Both the position numbers and the translations under genes were made by a program. A model generated the notes under the pieces. That model had not been told where the DNA came from, ran no database searches, and was given only the letters and a program-made list of their open reading frames with translations. Below, piece after piece: positions 34,478 through 42,847 of a DNA stretch of 64,000 nucleotides (its first letter is position 1; each line of letters starts with the position of its first letter). The DNA is from an uncultured Candidatus Saccharibacteria bacterium. GTDB lineage: Bacteria; Patescibacteriota; Minisyncoccia; Phycocordibacterales; SBAW01. The DNA is taken from positions 214,789-278,788 of the forward strand of contig CAZMIU010000001.1 in assembly GCA_964566795.1 (NCBI GenBank). The letters are read 5' to 3'.

Positions 34478-36685
34478 ATGAAACTCGTCATAGTAGAGTC
34501 ACCGGCAAAAGCCAAAACAATAGAGAAGTATTTAAAGACGATAGACAAGTCGGGCAACTTTACCGTGCGCGCCTCGGTAGGCCACGTGCGCGACCTCCCC
34601 AAGTCCAACAAAAAGGCCATCGATATCCCGGCGGGCTTTGTCCCCCACTACGAGGTAGTGCCGGGCAAGGCGCATGTGATAGCGGAGCTTAAGGACCTGG
34701 CTCACAAAGCCAAGGAGGTGATACTGGCAACCGACCCCGACCGCGAGGGCGAGGCTATTGCGTGGCATATAAAGGAAGAGCTCAAGCTTAAAAAGCCCGA
34801 CCGCATCGTCTTCCACGAGATTACCCCCGAGGCTATTGGCGAGGCTCTGGAACATCCGCGCAAAATTGATGACAACCTACGCTACGCACAGGAGGCACGC
34901 CGCGTGCTTGATAGGCTTGTGGGCTACGACCTCTCCGGCCTTATCTGGAAAAAGGTCCGCTACGGGCTCTCGGCCGGCCGCGTGCAGAGCCCGGCGCTGC
35001 GCATATTGATGGAGCGAGAGCGCGAGATACGCGCGTTTGTGCCCGAGACATTTTATGTAATTACGGCAGCAACCCACACACCGGGCAAAGAACACTTGTC
35101 CCTCACTTGTGTTGAGGAGCCCCGTGACAAAAAAGAGGCTGAAAGGATAGTCGAGGCGGCCAAGCAGGGCCTGACTGTGTCTGAGGTGAGCGAGACAGAG
35201 GCCAAGCGCTCGCCCCGTGCGCCCTACACCACCTCAACACTCCAGCAGTCGGCATCATCGCGGCTGGGCTTCTCGCCATCCAACACCATGCGCATTGCGC
35301 AAAAGTTGTACGAGGCCGGGCATATTACCTACATGCGCACCGACTCGACCAACTTGGGCGCACCTGCACGTGCCTCGATACTCGCCATGGTCGAGAAAAA
35401 GTACGGCAAAGAGTATGTAGAGTCGCACACCTACGCCGCCAAGAGCAAAAACGCCCAGGAGGCACACGAGGCAATACGCCCCACGCATATCGAGAAGGAG
35501 TCTGCGGGACTTACGCCCGAGCAAAAAAAGCTCTACGAGCTTATCTGGCGCCGCACCATTGCAAGCCAGATGAGCGATGCCAAAATCTTGCGCACAAAAA
35601 TTGAGGCCACTACAGGCGACGCAAAAATCCCCGCGTTTGCCGCAACAGGCAGCCGCGTGCTGTTTGACGGCTGGCTTAAGGCCGACACAGCGGCCCGCGG
35701 CGAGGATGTGGAGCTGCCTAAAACATCTAAGGGCGAGGAGCTCGATGTAAAAGACGTGGACATGGAGGAGAAGCAAACCACCCCGCCTGCGCGCTACACC
35801 GAGGCCGGCCTTATTAAGGAGCTCGAAAAGAGAGGGATCGGGAGACCTTCGACATATGCAAGTATTATGAAAACTCTTGCAGACAGAGGGTACGTTGAGA
35901 AAGAAGGCAGATCACTCAAGCCTACGGATACGGGAGACGTTGTCTCGACATTCCTCGAGGAGTACTTCCCTACCTATATCTCGGACACCTTTACCGCCGA
36001 GATGGAGGACGAGCTCGACCAGATTGCCGATGGTACGCGTGAGTATGCCAAAACGCTTAAAGATTTTTATACCCCCTTCCTCAAGGAGGTAAAACTCAAA
36101 GACAAAGAGGCGGGCAAGATTACCGACCTGGGGCCCGCACCCAAGGAGTTTGCCTGCCCCGTGTGCGGCAAGCCTATGGTGTTTAAGCTCTCGCGCCAGG
36201 GCAAGTTTATGTCGTGCTCGACATTCCCCGACTGCGTTGGTGCACGCACTGAAGCTGGCGAGGTGATATCAAACGAGCCGGCCAAGCCTATTGGCAACCA
36301 CCCAGATTCCGGCGAGCCTATATATGTGCTCTCGGGCCGCTTTGGACCGTATGTACAGCTGGGCGGCGAGCCCACCGGCAAAGTTAAAAAGGGCGAGCCC
36401 AAACCCAAGCGCGCCTCTGTGCCTAAAGAAAAAGACCCGGCTACTGTCACTATTGAGGAGGCCGCCACCTACCTTGCACTCCCGCGCGAGCTCGGGCCCC
36501 ATCCGGAGACCGGCGAGATGATTACTGCATCTATTGGCCGCTTTGGGCCGTTTGTGGTGCACCAGAAAGACTTCCGCTCTCTTAAGGTAGACTCGCCGTA
36601 CGACATAACCCTTGAGCGCGCCCTTGAGATATTTAAAGAAGAGAAAAAGAAGCGCGGATTCGCCCGCAAAAAGAAAGCGGAGTAG
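34478..36685 (+). CDS. topA: DNA topoisomerase I
   Basis: ORF trimmed to MKLVIVESPAKAKTIEKYL (TOPRIM domain). C-terminal Zn-ribbon motifs CPVCGKPM and CSTFPDC. Confidence 0.9.
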   Translation: MKLVIVESPAKAKTIEKYLKTIDKSGNFTVRASVGHVRDLPKSNKKAIDIPAGFVPHYEVVPGKAHVIAELKDLAHKAKEVILATDPDREGEAIAWHIKEELKLKKPDRIVFHEITPEAIGEALEHPRKIDDNLRYAQEARRVLDRLVGYDLSGLIWKKVRYGLSAGRVQSPALRILMEREREIRAFVPETFYVITAATHTPGKEHLSLTCVEEPRDKKEAERIVEAAKQGLTVSEVSETEAKRSPRAPYTTSTLQQSASSRLGFSPSNTMRIAQKLYEAGHITYMRTDSTNLGAPARASILAMVEKKYGKEYVESHTYAAKSKNAQEAHEAIRPTHIEKESAGLTPEQKKLYELIWRRTIASQMSDAKILRTKIEATTGDAKIPAFAATGSRVLFDGWLKADTAARGEDVELPKTSKGEELDVKDVDMEEKQTTPPARYTEAGLIKELEKRGIGRPSTYASIMKTLADRGYVEKEGRSLKPTDTGDVVSTFLEEYFPTYISDTFTAEMEDELDQIADGTREYAKTLKDFYTPFLKEVKLKDKEAGKITDLGPAPKEFACPVCGKPMVFKLSRQGKFMSCSTFPDCVGARTEAGEVISNEPAKPIGNHPDSGEPIYVLSGRFGPYVQLGGEPTGKVKKGEPKPKRASVPKEKDPATVTIEEAATYLALPRELGPHPETGEMITASIGRFGPFVVHQKDFRSLKVDSPYDITLERALEIFKEEKKKRGFARKKKAE

Positions 36686-36692
36686 AAAAGCA

Positions 36693-36745
36693 AAAGGCCA
36701 CCAAAGATGAGCGGCCCAGTGCCGGCTCCTTTCGGTGGCCTTATT
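36693..36745. terminator. Long bidirectional hairpin between the convergent topA and the 36741 gene
   Basis: aaggccaccaaag…ctttcggtggcctt. Confidence 0.45.
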
Positions 36746-37070
36746 TCTGTCGGGACAACTTGAGCATGCGCTCGGTCTTGTCCGCATGACCTTTCTTGTC
36801 GATGAAGTACCCCGCTACAAGGAAGAGTGCTGTGATGAGCGAACCGACACCCAGCACCCAGCCGGCCAGCAAATACATGGTGGCCGACTGATTGTTGACA
36901 TAGAGATAGAAGTTCCCGATGCTGTTCAGGAACATGATGAAGTCAAAGATCGCAAGCCGGCGAATTGACTTCATTTTGTCCTTCCAGACGCCGGCCAGAT
37001 ATTCCTGTGTCTCCTGCACCGCTTCGGCAGTGCGGGTATCCGGGTGACGAATGATGTTGCAATCGTTCAT
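36741..37070 (-). CDS. Hypothetical two-TM membrane protein
   Basis: ORF trimmed to MNDCNIIRHPD…. Hydrophobic helices IFDFIMFLNSIGNFYLYV and LLAGWVLGVGSLITALFLVAGYF. Confidence 0.4.
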   Translation of the reverse strand: MNDCNIIRHPDTRTAEAVQETQEYLAGVWKDKMKSIRRLAIFDFIMFLNSIGNFYLYVNNQSATMYLLAGWVLGVGSLITALFLVAGYFIDKKGHADKTERMLKLSRQK

Positions 37071-37182
37071 GGCACATCTCCTGTTGATTAACTGGTTGAA
37101 AGGACTAGAACTTAACACATAGTATACCCCCAAACGGGCATATTGTCAATAGTAGTAAATAGGGCTATACTTAGCGGTACTT

Positions 37183-38733
37183 ATGCCCATCCCGTCTGTG
37201 CAGGAGATCACTTCCAAAATGAGCGCGCCCTCTAAGGCCGACCGCGCTTTGGTGGAAAAAGCATACGCGTTTGTAGAGCTGGCCCACAAAGACCACAAGC
37301 GCTTTTCGGGTGAGCCGTACCTGGTGCACCTGGCCGAGACCGCGCGCATGCTCGCCGAGCTTGGTATGTCTGCCAAGACAGTTGCAGCAGGATTACTGCA
37401 CGACTCTATAGAGGACGTGGGCGTCACCCCCGAGCAGATTGAGCAGGAGTTTGGCAAAGAGATACGCTTTTTGGTTGAGGGTGTTACCAAACTCGGCCGG
37501 TACAAATACCGCGGTGCCGAGCGCCACCGCGAGTCTCTGCGCAAACTCTTGGTGGCCACCGGCAAAGACGCGCGCGTACTCATCATCAAGCTCATGGACC
37601 GCCTGCACAACATGCGCACGCTCGAGCACGTGCCACCGGAAAAGCGGCAGCGCATCGCACTTGAGACCTTGGAGATTTATGCGGCTATCGCACACCGCTT
37701 AGGTATGGGCGTGGTGCGCCGCGAGCTAGAGGACACCGCGTTTAAATACGCCTACCCCGCGGAGTATAAAGAGATCAAGCAGCTTGTCACCGAGCAGAGC
37801 GAGGCCACGCAGGAGCGCCTGCAGACCATGGCGCGCACGCTCAGAAAGGAGCTGGCCAAAAACGGCCTGACCAAGTTTCATACCGACTACCGGGTTAAGG
37901 GGCTGTGGAGCCTGTACCAAAAGCTCAAGCGCAAGGGCGGCGATATTAGCAAGGTGTATGACATCGCCGCGGTGCGCGTGATTATGCGCTCTGTAGAGGA
38001 CTGCTACCGCGTGCTGGGGCTCGTGCACAACCTCTGGCAGCCCCTGCCCAACAAAATTAAAGACTACATCGCCTTCCCCAAGCCAAACGGCTACCAGGGC
38101 TTGCACACCACCGTGTTTGTGGGCGACGGCGGCATTGTCGAGATACAGATCCGCACCGAGGATATGCATCGCGAGTCGCAGTACGGTATCGCCGCGCACG
38201 TGGCCTACAAAGAGGGGCATGGCTCATCCACGGGCGGGCAGTCGAGCTTTGACTGGATCAAGAGCTTGCTCCCCTCCTTTAGGCGCGACAAGAAAGAGGC
38301 CGATGTTACGCCAGACGGCGTGGTGCGGGCCACCCAGAGCCGCTACGGCGGGCCGGCTGCGCCGGAGTGGCTCGAGGAGTTAAGCGAGGAGGCCACCGAC
38401 CCGGAGTTTGAGAACACGCTCAAGACCGACATCTTTACGCATCGCGTGTTTATCTTTACCCCCAAGGGCGACGTGGTAGACCTGCCCTCGGGCTGCACGC
38501 CGCTCGATTTTGCCTACGCAATACATAGTGACATTGGCGACCACGTGTTTGCCGCCAAGCTCAACGGCAAGCTAGTACCCTTAGACACCACGCTCCACAA
38601 CGGCGACATTGTAGAAATCCAGACAAAAAAGAGCGCGCACCCCACTAAAAAGTGGCTCGACTCGGCCAAAACAACGCTGGCCCGCCGCCACATCCGCCTG
38701 GCGCTCGAGAAACAGTCTGAGAGCACTAAATAG
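37183..38733 (+). CDS. rel: Bifunctional (p)ppGpp synthetase/hydrolase (Rel/SpoT homolog) without the C-terminal ACT/RRM regulatory domain
   Basis: HD hydrolase domain (HLAETARMLAELG…HDSIEDV), RelA/SpoT synthetase domain, and TGS domain (FTPKGDVVDLPSGCTPLDFAYAIHSDIG). The protein ends after TGS. Confidence 0.85.
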   Translation: MPIPSVQEITSKMSAPSKADRALVEKAYAFVELAHKDHKRFSGEPYLVHLAETARMLAELGMSAKTVAAGLLHDSIEDVGVTPEQIEQEFGKEIRFLVEGVTKLGRYKYRGAERHRESLRKLLVATGKDARVLIIKLMDRLHNMRTLEHVPPEKRQRIALETLEIYAAIAHRLGMGVVRRELEDTAFKYAYPAEYKEIKQLVTEQSEATQERLQTMARTLRKELAKNGLTKFHTDYRVKGLWSLYQKLKRKGGDISKVYDIAAVRVIMRSVEDCYRVLGLVHNLWQPLPNKIKDYIAFPKPNGYQGLHTTVFVGDGGIVEIQIRTEDMHRESQYGIAAHVAYKEGHGSSTGGQSSFDWIKSLLPSFRRDKKEADVTPDGVVRATQSRYGGPAAPEWLEELSEEATDPEFENTLKTDIFTHRVFIFTPKGDVVDLPSGCTPLDFAYAIHSDIGDHVFAAKLNGKLVPLDTTLHNGDIVEIQTKKSAHPTKKWLDSAKTTLARRHIRLALEKQSESTK

Positions 38734-38734
38734 C

Positions 38735-38780
38735 CCCGACGCTTAGGTCGGGGTCCCGACCGGCACGCCGCGTCGGGAAG
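38735..38780. repeat. Double-hairpin intergenic repeat, copy A (REP-like)
   Basis: ccccgacgcttaggtcggggtcccgaccggcacgccgcgtcggga aligns with 41695..41748. Confidence 0.4.
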
Positions 38781-38783
38781 AAA

Positions 38784-39821
38784 CTAGATCGAAAATGAAC
38801 TAGGGTCGAAGGTGTTTTCGTCCTTCTCTTTTTCTTCTTTACTGCGGTCGTCCAAGCTGTTGCTGTCCTCTTGAGCGGGGCCTTGAGCGAGGGCGGCGGC
38901 AGAAGTTTCATCAGAAATAGTCTGGCCTGCCGGGGGCAGGAGACCCGAGGACTTTTCTGATGAAACTTCTGCCGGAGCTAATTTTGCAGCGGCAACTTTT
39001 GTTGCCAGGTTGGCAAAGATAACGCGCAGGTCGTCCTCGCCCATAAAGTCGATAACGAGCTTGCCGCCGTTTTCTTTTGTTTCAATTGCCACGCGGGTGC
39101 CAAGCACCTCGCCAAGCTGGCGCTCCATGTCTAAAATCTCGGGCGAGTACAAGTACTCTTTCTTGCGCACCTTATCAAACGCGATACGGCGGGCGATACT
39201 CTCGGTGTCGCGCACCGTTAAGCGCTTGACCATAATCTCCCTAAAGAGCGTGTTTTGCTCCTCTGGCCTGTCGCCTAGCATCAACAGCGGCCTGGTGTGA
39301 CCCTCGCTAATCTTGCCCTCCTTAAGAGCGGTAAGCATCTCCTCGGGGAGTGCGAGCAGGCGTATCGAGTTGGAGACGTATTCCCTGCTTTTGCCCACCT
39401 TCTCGGCAACCTCGGCATGCTTAAAGCCAAACTCCTTTACAAGCTGCTCAAAGGCCTTGGCACGGTCTACCGGGTTTAGGTCCTCGCGCTGGAGGTTCTC
39501 TACGATAGCGAGCTCGAGCTTGGTTTTGTCGTCATCCTCGGCCTCGCGGATAAGCGCGGGCACCGTGGCCACGCCGGCAATTTTGGAGGCGCGCAGGCGG
39601 CGCTCCCCCGCCACCAACTCGTACTCTGTGGCTATGCCGCCGTCTGGCTTGATGATCTCTTTGCGGGTAACCGTGAGCGGCTGGATGACGCCGTACTGGC
39701 GTATCGAGCGGGCCAGGTCGTTGAGCTTCGCCTCATCAAACTCGCGGCGCGGCTGAAACGGGTTTGGCTTAATCTTGTCTACCTCGACCCAAAAAATGGC
39801 GTTGTTGTAAAACTGCGACAT
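38784..39821 (-). CDS. parB: Chromosome partitioning protein ParB with an acidic, disordered C-terminal tail
   Basis: ORF trimmed to MSQFYNNAIFWVEVDKIKPNPFQPRR, because the longer ORF would overlap tRNA-Leu. ParB box GERRLRA. HTH region. Confidence 0.8.
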   Translation of the reverse strand: MSQFYNNAIFWVEVDKIKPNPFQPRREFDEAKLNDLARSIRQYGVIQPLTVTRKEIIKPDGGIATEYELVAGERRLRASKIAGVATVPALIREAEDDDKTKLELAIVENLQREDLNPVDRAKAFEQLVKEFGFKHAEVAEKVGKSREYVSNSIRLLALPEEMLTALKEGKISEGHTRPLLMLGDRPEEQNTLFREIMVKRLTVRDTESIARRIAFDKVRKKEYLYSPEILDMERQLGEVLGTRVAIETKENGGKLVIDFMGEDDLRVIFANLATKVAAAKLAPAEVSSEKSSGLLPPAGQTISDETSAAALAQGPAQEDSNSLDDRSKEEKEKDENTFDPSSFSI

Positions 39822-39842
39822 TGGCGATATTCTAACACGTAA

Positions 39843-39923
39843 GCCGGAGTGGCGTAATGGTAGCCGCGCTCGACTCAAAATCGAGTCCCGCAAGGGGTGG
39901 GAGTTCAAGTCTCCCCTCCGGCA
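39843..39923 (+). tRNA. tRNA-Leu (anticodon CAA), type II with long variable arm
   Basis: gccggag/ctccggc acceptor, loop ctCAAaa, variable arm tcccgcaaggggtggg, T-arm gagttcaagtctc. Confidence 0.85.
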
Positions 39924-39991
39924 CAAATTGGTTTTTTATAGCCCGTGTGGTAGCCTGCAGGGCGGACTTCCAATAGCAGCAAAGGTGTTCT

Positions 39992-40618
39992 ATGCAAAAT
40001 CTCAGAAAAGCGCTGGCGAGAGCCGGCGCAGTGCTTGAGGGCAATTTCTTTTTCGCCCTCAAAAAGGAAGGCAATGTCTCCTGCAAGTACATCAACATGG
40101 ACCCGGTCTTTACCAAGCCCGACCTGGTGATGGAGATCGGCGCCATGCTGATTGAGCCCTGGAGAACAGACATGATCGCCCTGGTTGCTCCGGCGGTGGG
40201 CGGGATACCGCTACTCTATGCGGCGGCAGACGCACACCAGCTTACCCCTCCGGTCGCATGGGCCGACAAACAAGCCGGTAGCACGTTTGCCTTTGAGCGT
40301 GCGGGCTTTGCCCAGGCGCTCAAGGGCCGCAGGGTCCTCCTCCTTGAGGATGTTGTCTCGACCGGTAGCTCGGGCCGCGCAGTTGCTGATCTTGTCCGCG
40401 ATGCCGGCGGTGAGATGATCGGCGCCTCGTTTGTCTGGAACCGCGGCAACGTCACCGCCGAGCAGGTAGGGGTACCCGAACTCTACTCGCTCATCAACGA
40501 GTCGGTCGACGTGTACAAGGCCGGCGAGCACCCCAAGTGGGGCGAGTGGCCGCTGGTTAAGAACATCGGCCACCCCGAGTACTACCCGGATTATCCGGGG
40601 ATCAAGATTACAGTCTAG
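39992..40618 (+). CDS. Type I phosphoribosyltransferase (orotate PRTase-like)
   Basis: PRPP-binding motif VLLLEDVVSTGSS. Architecture similar to PyrE. Confidence 0.6.
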   Translation: MQNLRKALARAGAVLEGNFFFALKKEGNVSCKYINMDPVFTKPDLVMEIGAMLIEPWRTDMIALVAPAVGGIPLLYAAADAHQLTPPVAWADKQAGSTFAFERAGFAQALKGRRVLLLEDVVSTGSSGRAVADLVRDAGGEMIGASFVWNRGNVTAEQVGVPELYSLINESVDVYKAGEHPKWGEWPLVKNIGHPEYYPDYPGIKITV

Positions 40619-40692
40619 TACAACAAGCAGAGTCGGCAGCACATACAATGCTGCCGATTTTCTTTTTTATACAAACAGGATAGATTGGGCTT

Positions 40693-41622
40693 GTGCACAA
40701 GCCAAAACTGATAGCCGTTGTGGGCCCTACCGCCTCGGGCAAGACCAGCCTGGGCATTTACCTTGCCCAAAAAGTTGGGGGCGAGATTATATCGGCCGAC
40801 TCCCGCCAGGTGTACAAAGGGCTCGACATTGGCACCGGCAAGGTGACCAAACGCGAGATGGCTGGCGTCCCCCACCACCTGCTGGACGTGATATCGCCCA
40901 AAAAGCAGTACTCCGTAGACATGTTTGTTAAACAAGCGACCAAAGCCGCCTGTTTGATATATCAAACAGGCAATGTCCCCGTGCTTGTGGGTGGGACGGG
41001 GTTATACATAGATACGTTTGTGGGGCGCATGATGTATGCCGAGGTGCCGCCCAATGAGACACTGCGAAAAAAACTCGCACGCAAGACCGCCCCGGAGCTC
41101 TTTGCTCTGCTCCAAAAAGCCGACCCTGCCCGCGCCCAGACTATAGAGAAGGGCAACCCCCGCAGGCTCATACGTGCTCTGGAGATTGCCAAGGCCATAG
41201 GCAAGTCCCCCGCTCCCACCACCGAGCTTATGTATGACGTGCTCTGGATTGGTCTTAACCCTGCGCCAGAAAAACTTAAGGCAAACATACACAAGCGCCT
41301 TAAGGCGCGCATAAAGCAGGGCATGGTCGCCGAGGCCAAACGCCTGCACAAAGCAGGAGTATCGTACAAGCGCATGGACGAGCTGGGGCTTGAGTATCGC
41401 TACCTGGCAAGAGTCCTGCGCAACAGAAGGGCACCTTCTGCAAGCCAAGTTGCAGAAGGTGCCCTTCTGCAAGAGTTGGAGAAGGCTATAAACGACTATG
41501 CCAAGCGCCAGGTGCGCTGGTTTACACGCAACTCTGACATACACTGGGTCACCTCTAAAACCGATGCTCTACGGCTCGCAAAAAACTTCCTTTCGCGATA
41601 CTATGCCCCTACGGGCGATTAG
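40693..41622 (+). CDS. miaA: tRNA dimethylallyltransferase
   Basis: P-loop VVGPTASGKTSL. DSRQVYKGLDIGT. The 3' end overlaps tRNA-Trp by ~10 nt. Confidence 0.85.
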   Translation: MHKPKLIAVVGPTASGKTSLGIYLAQKVGGEIISADSRQVYKGLDIGTGKVTKREMAGVPHHLLDVISPKKQYSVDMFVKQATKAACLIYQTGNVPVLVGGTGLYIDTFVGRMMYAEVPPNETLRKKLARKTAPELFALLQKADPARAQTIEKGNPRRLIRALEIAKAIGKSPAPTTELMYDVLWIGLNPAPEKLKANIHKRLKARIKQGMVAEAKRLHKAGVSYKRMDELGLEYRYLARVLRNRRAPSASQVAEGALLQELEKAINDYAKRQVRWFTRNSDIHWVTSKTDALRLAKNFLSRYYAPTGD

Positions 41623-41683
41623 TTTAATGGTAGAACAGCGGTCTCCAAAACCGCTAGTGAGGGTTCGATTCCTTCATCGCCCG
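41613..41683 (+). tRNA. tRNA-Trp (anticodon CCA)
   Basis: gggcgat/atcgccc acceptor, loop ctCCAaa, T-arm gggttcgattcc. Confidence 0.85.
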
Positions 41684-41694
41684 CCGAGACGCAG

Positions 41695-41748
41695 TCCAAC
41701 GCTTCGGTCGGACCCCGACCACTTCGTGCGTCGGGGTTATCCACAGCC
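41695..41748. repeat. Double-hairpin intergenic repeat, copy B
   Basis: gtccaacgcttcggtcggaccccgaccacttcgtgcgtcggggtt. The acgctt.ggtcgg and cccgacc…gcgtcggg blocks are shared with copy A. Confidence 0.4.
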
Positions 41749-41895
41749 CCCTCTTGCAAGACACGATACGGGTGTATTGTTAGTGGGCTAGTATATGGAG
41801 CTTACCTAGCAATAGGCTAAGCAAAGTATACTAGCACAAAGAACCTCTGCCCTTGGCAGAGATTTTTTGTGCGCAGACGGAGAGTAAGAAAAAAA

Positions 41896-41920
41896 ACCGG
41901 CCTAGTGGCCGGATTCTTTC
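41896..41920 (-). terminator. Rho-independent terminator of rpmG
   Basis: Minus strand reads ccggccactaggccgg followed by a T8 run. Confidence 0.7.
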
Positions 41921-42076
41921 TTACTTCTTGGCCTCCTTAAAGAGGACGTGCTTGCGGAGCACTTTGGAGTACTTCTTAAGCTCGATCTTGCGGGTAACAA
42001 GCTTCTTGTTTTTGCGCGTCCAATACACCTCCCCGGTGGCGGCGTGCTTAAGGATTATCAGTTTGTCCTGTGACAT
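41921..42076 (-). CDS. rpmG: 50S ribosomal protein L33
   Basis: Translates to MSQDKLIILKHAATGEVYWTRKNKKLVTRKIELKKYSKVLRKHVLFKEAKK (51 aa). Below the ORF-track cutoff. Confidence 0.85.
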   Translation of the reverse strand: MSQDKLIILKHAATGEVYWTRKNKKLVTRKIELKKYSKVLRKHVLFKEAKK

Positions 42077-42124
42077 TGCCCAATAACCTTACCAAATAGC
42101 CCTATTTTTGGCAACCTAGGGCAC

Positions 42125-42829
42125 CTATTTGACGATAGTAAAGCCTGATCCGGTTGTATAAGCCATTACTTGCCCCGGTTGGTACGTATTGCCGTCCCAG
42201 TCATGGCGCACTATATTGGTGCCCTCATCAGGACTCTCGCGTGTAGGTATATACAACGCCAGATACCCTCCAACAATGACGTTTGCGGTAGCAATCTCCG
42301 CGCCTGCAAGAGTAGTGAACACTTTTACCCAAGTACCATTCCTCTTTTGGTAGATATCAAATGTGCATCCTCCTGTCCCACAGAAACTCATCATAGTCTC
42401 GTACACCAGAGCCTCAGGGGCACCGTCTTGGTTGAGATCTACCATGGCAACATCTATTGCCGTCTCGTTTAATTTTGGAAATATCTCCTTATTAAGCGCG
42501 AAGTCGCTTGCGTATAGCTTATAAATCTCACCTTCAGCACCTTGAGACGCCTGGTCAACCCGTTTAAACGCCACACGCTGCCCGAGCAAAGCACGATACA
42601 GGGTGTCATATGCTTTATCGTAGTCTTGCAGGGTTTGACCCTGTGTCCCCTGCCTGGGCTGACTTGAAACACCCACGGTTGAGCGGCCGTTAAACGTTGA
42701 GTTTGGGTCGGTGGTGTTTGGGTTTGTCGTTGGTGTGGCTTTTGGACTTAAGACAAACCATGCAATACCAACCACTACCACGACAACCGCGATAGCTATG
42801 GCAAGTATTTTTGTAGCAAGAGGATTCAT
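42125..42829 (-). CDS. Hypothetical membrane-anchored extracytoplasmic protein
   Basis: N-terminal TM (ILAIAIAVVVVVVGIAWFVL). Thr/Asn-rich linker. Globular C-terminal domain with three Cys. Confidence 0.5.
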   Translation of the reverse strand: MNPLATKILAIAIAVVVVVVGIAWFVLSPKATPTTNPNTTDPNSTFNGRSTVGVSSQPRQGTQGQTLQDYDKAYDTLYRALLGQRVAFKRVDQASQGAEGEIYKLYASDFALNKEIFPKLNETAIDVAMVDLNQDGAPEALVYETMMSFCGTGGCTFDIYQKRNGTWVKVFTTLAGAEIATANVIVGGYLALYIPTRESPDEGTNIVRHDWDGNTYQPGQVMAYTTGSGFTIVK

Positions 42830-42847
42830 AGTGTGTATTGTACGGTA

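Noticed and set aside
34146-34478. 110-aa minus-strand ORF in the dprA-topA spacer.
   Set aside because: It has no RBS or promoter and runs antisense through the plus-strand small gene and terminator hairpin. The plus-strand ORF with SD and terminator is the better explanation.
38784-39926. Longer ParB ORF start (MCRRGDLNSH…).
   Set aside because: The N-terminal extension overlaps the plus-strand tRNA-Leu and its translation is Arg/Ser/Leu-rich nonsense. The conserved ParB N-terminus begins at MSQFYNN.
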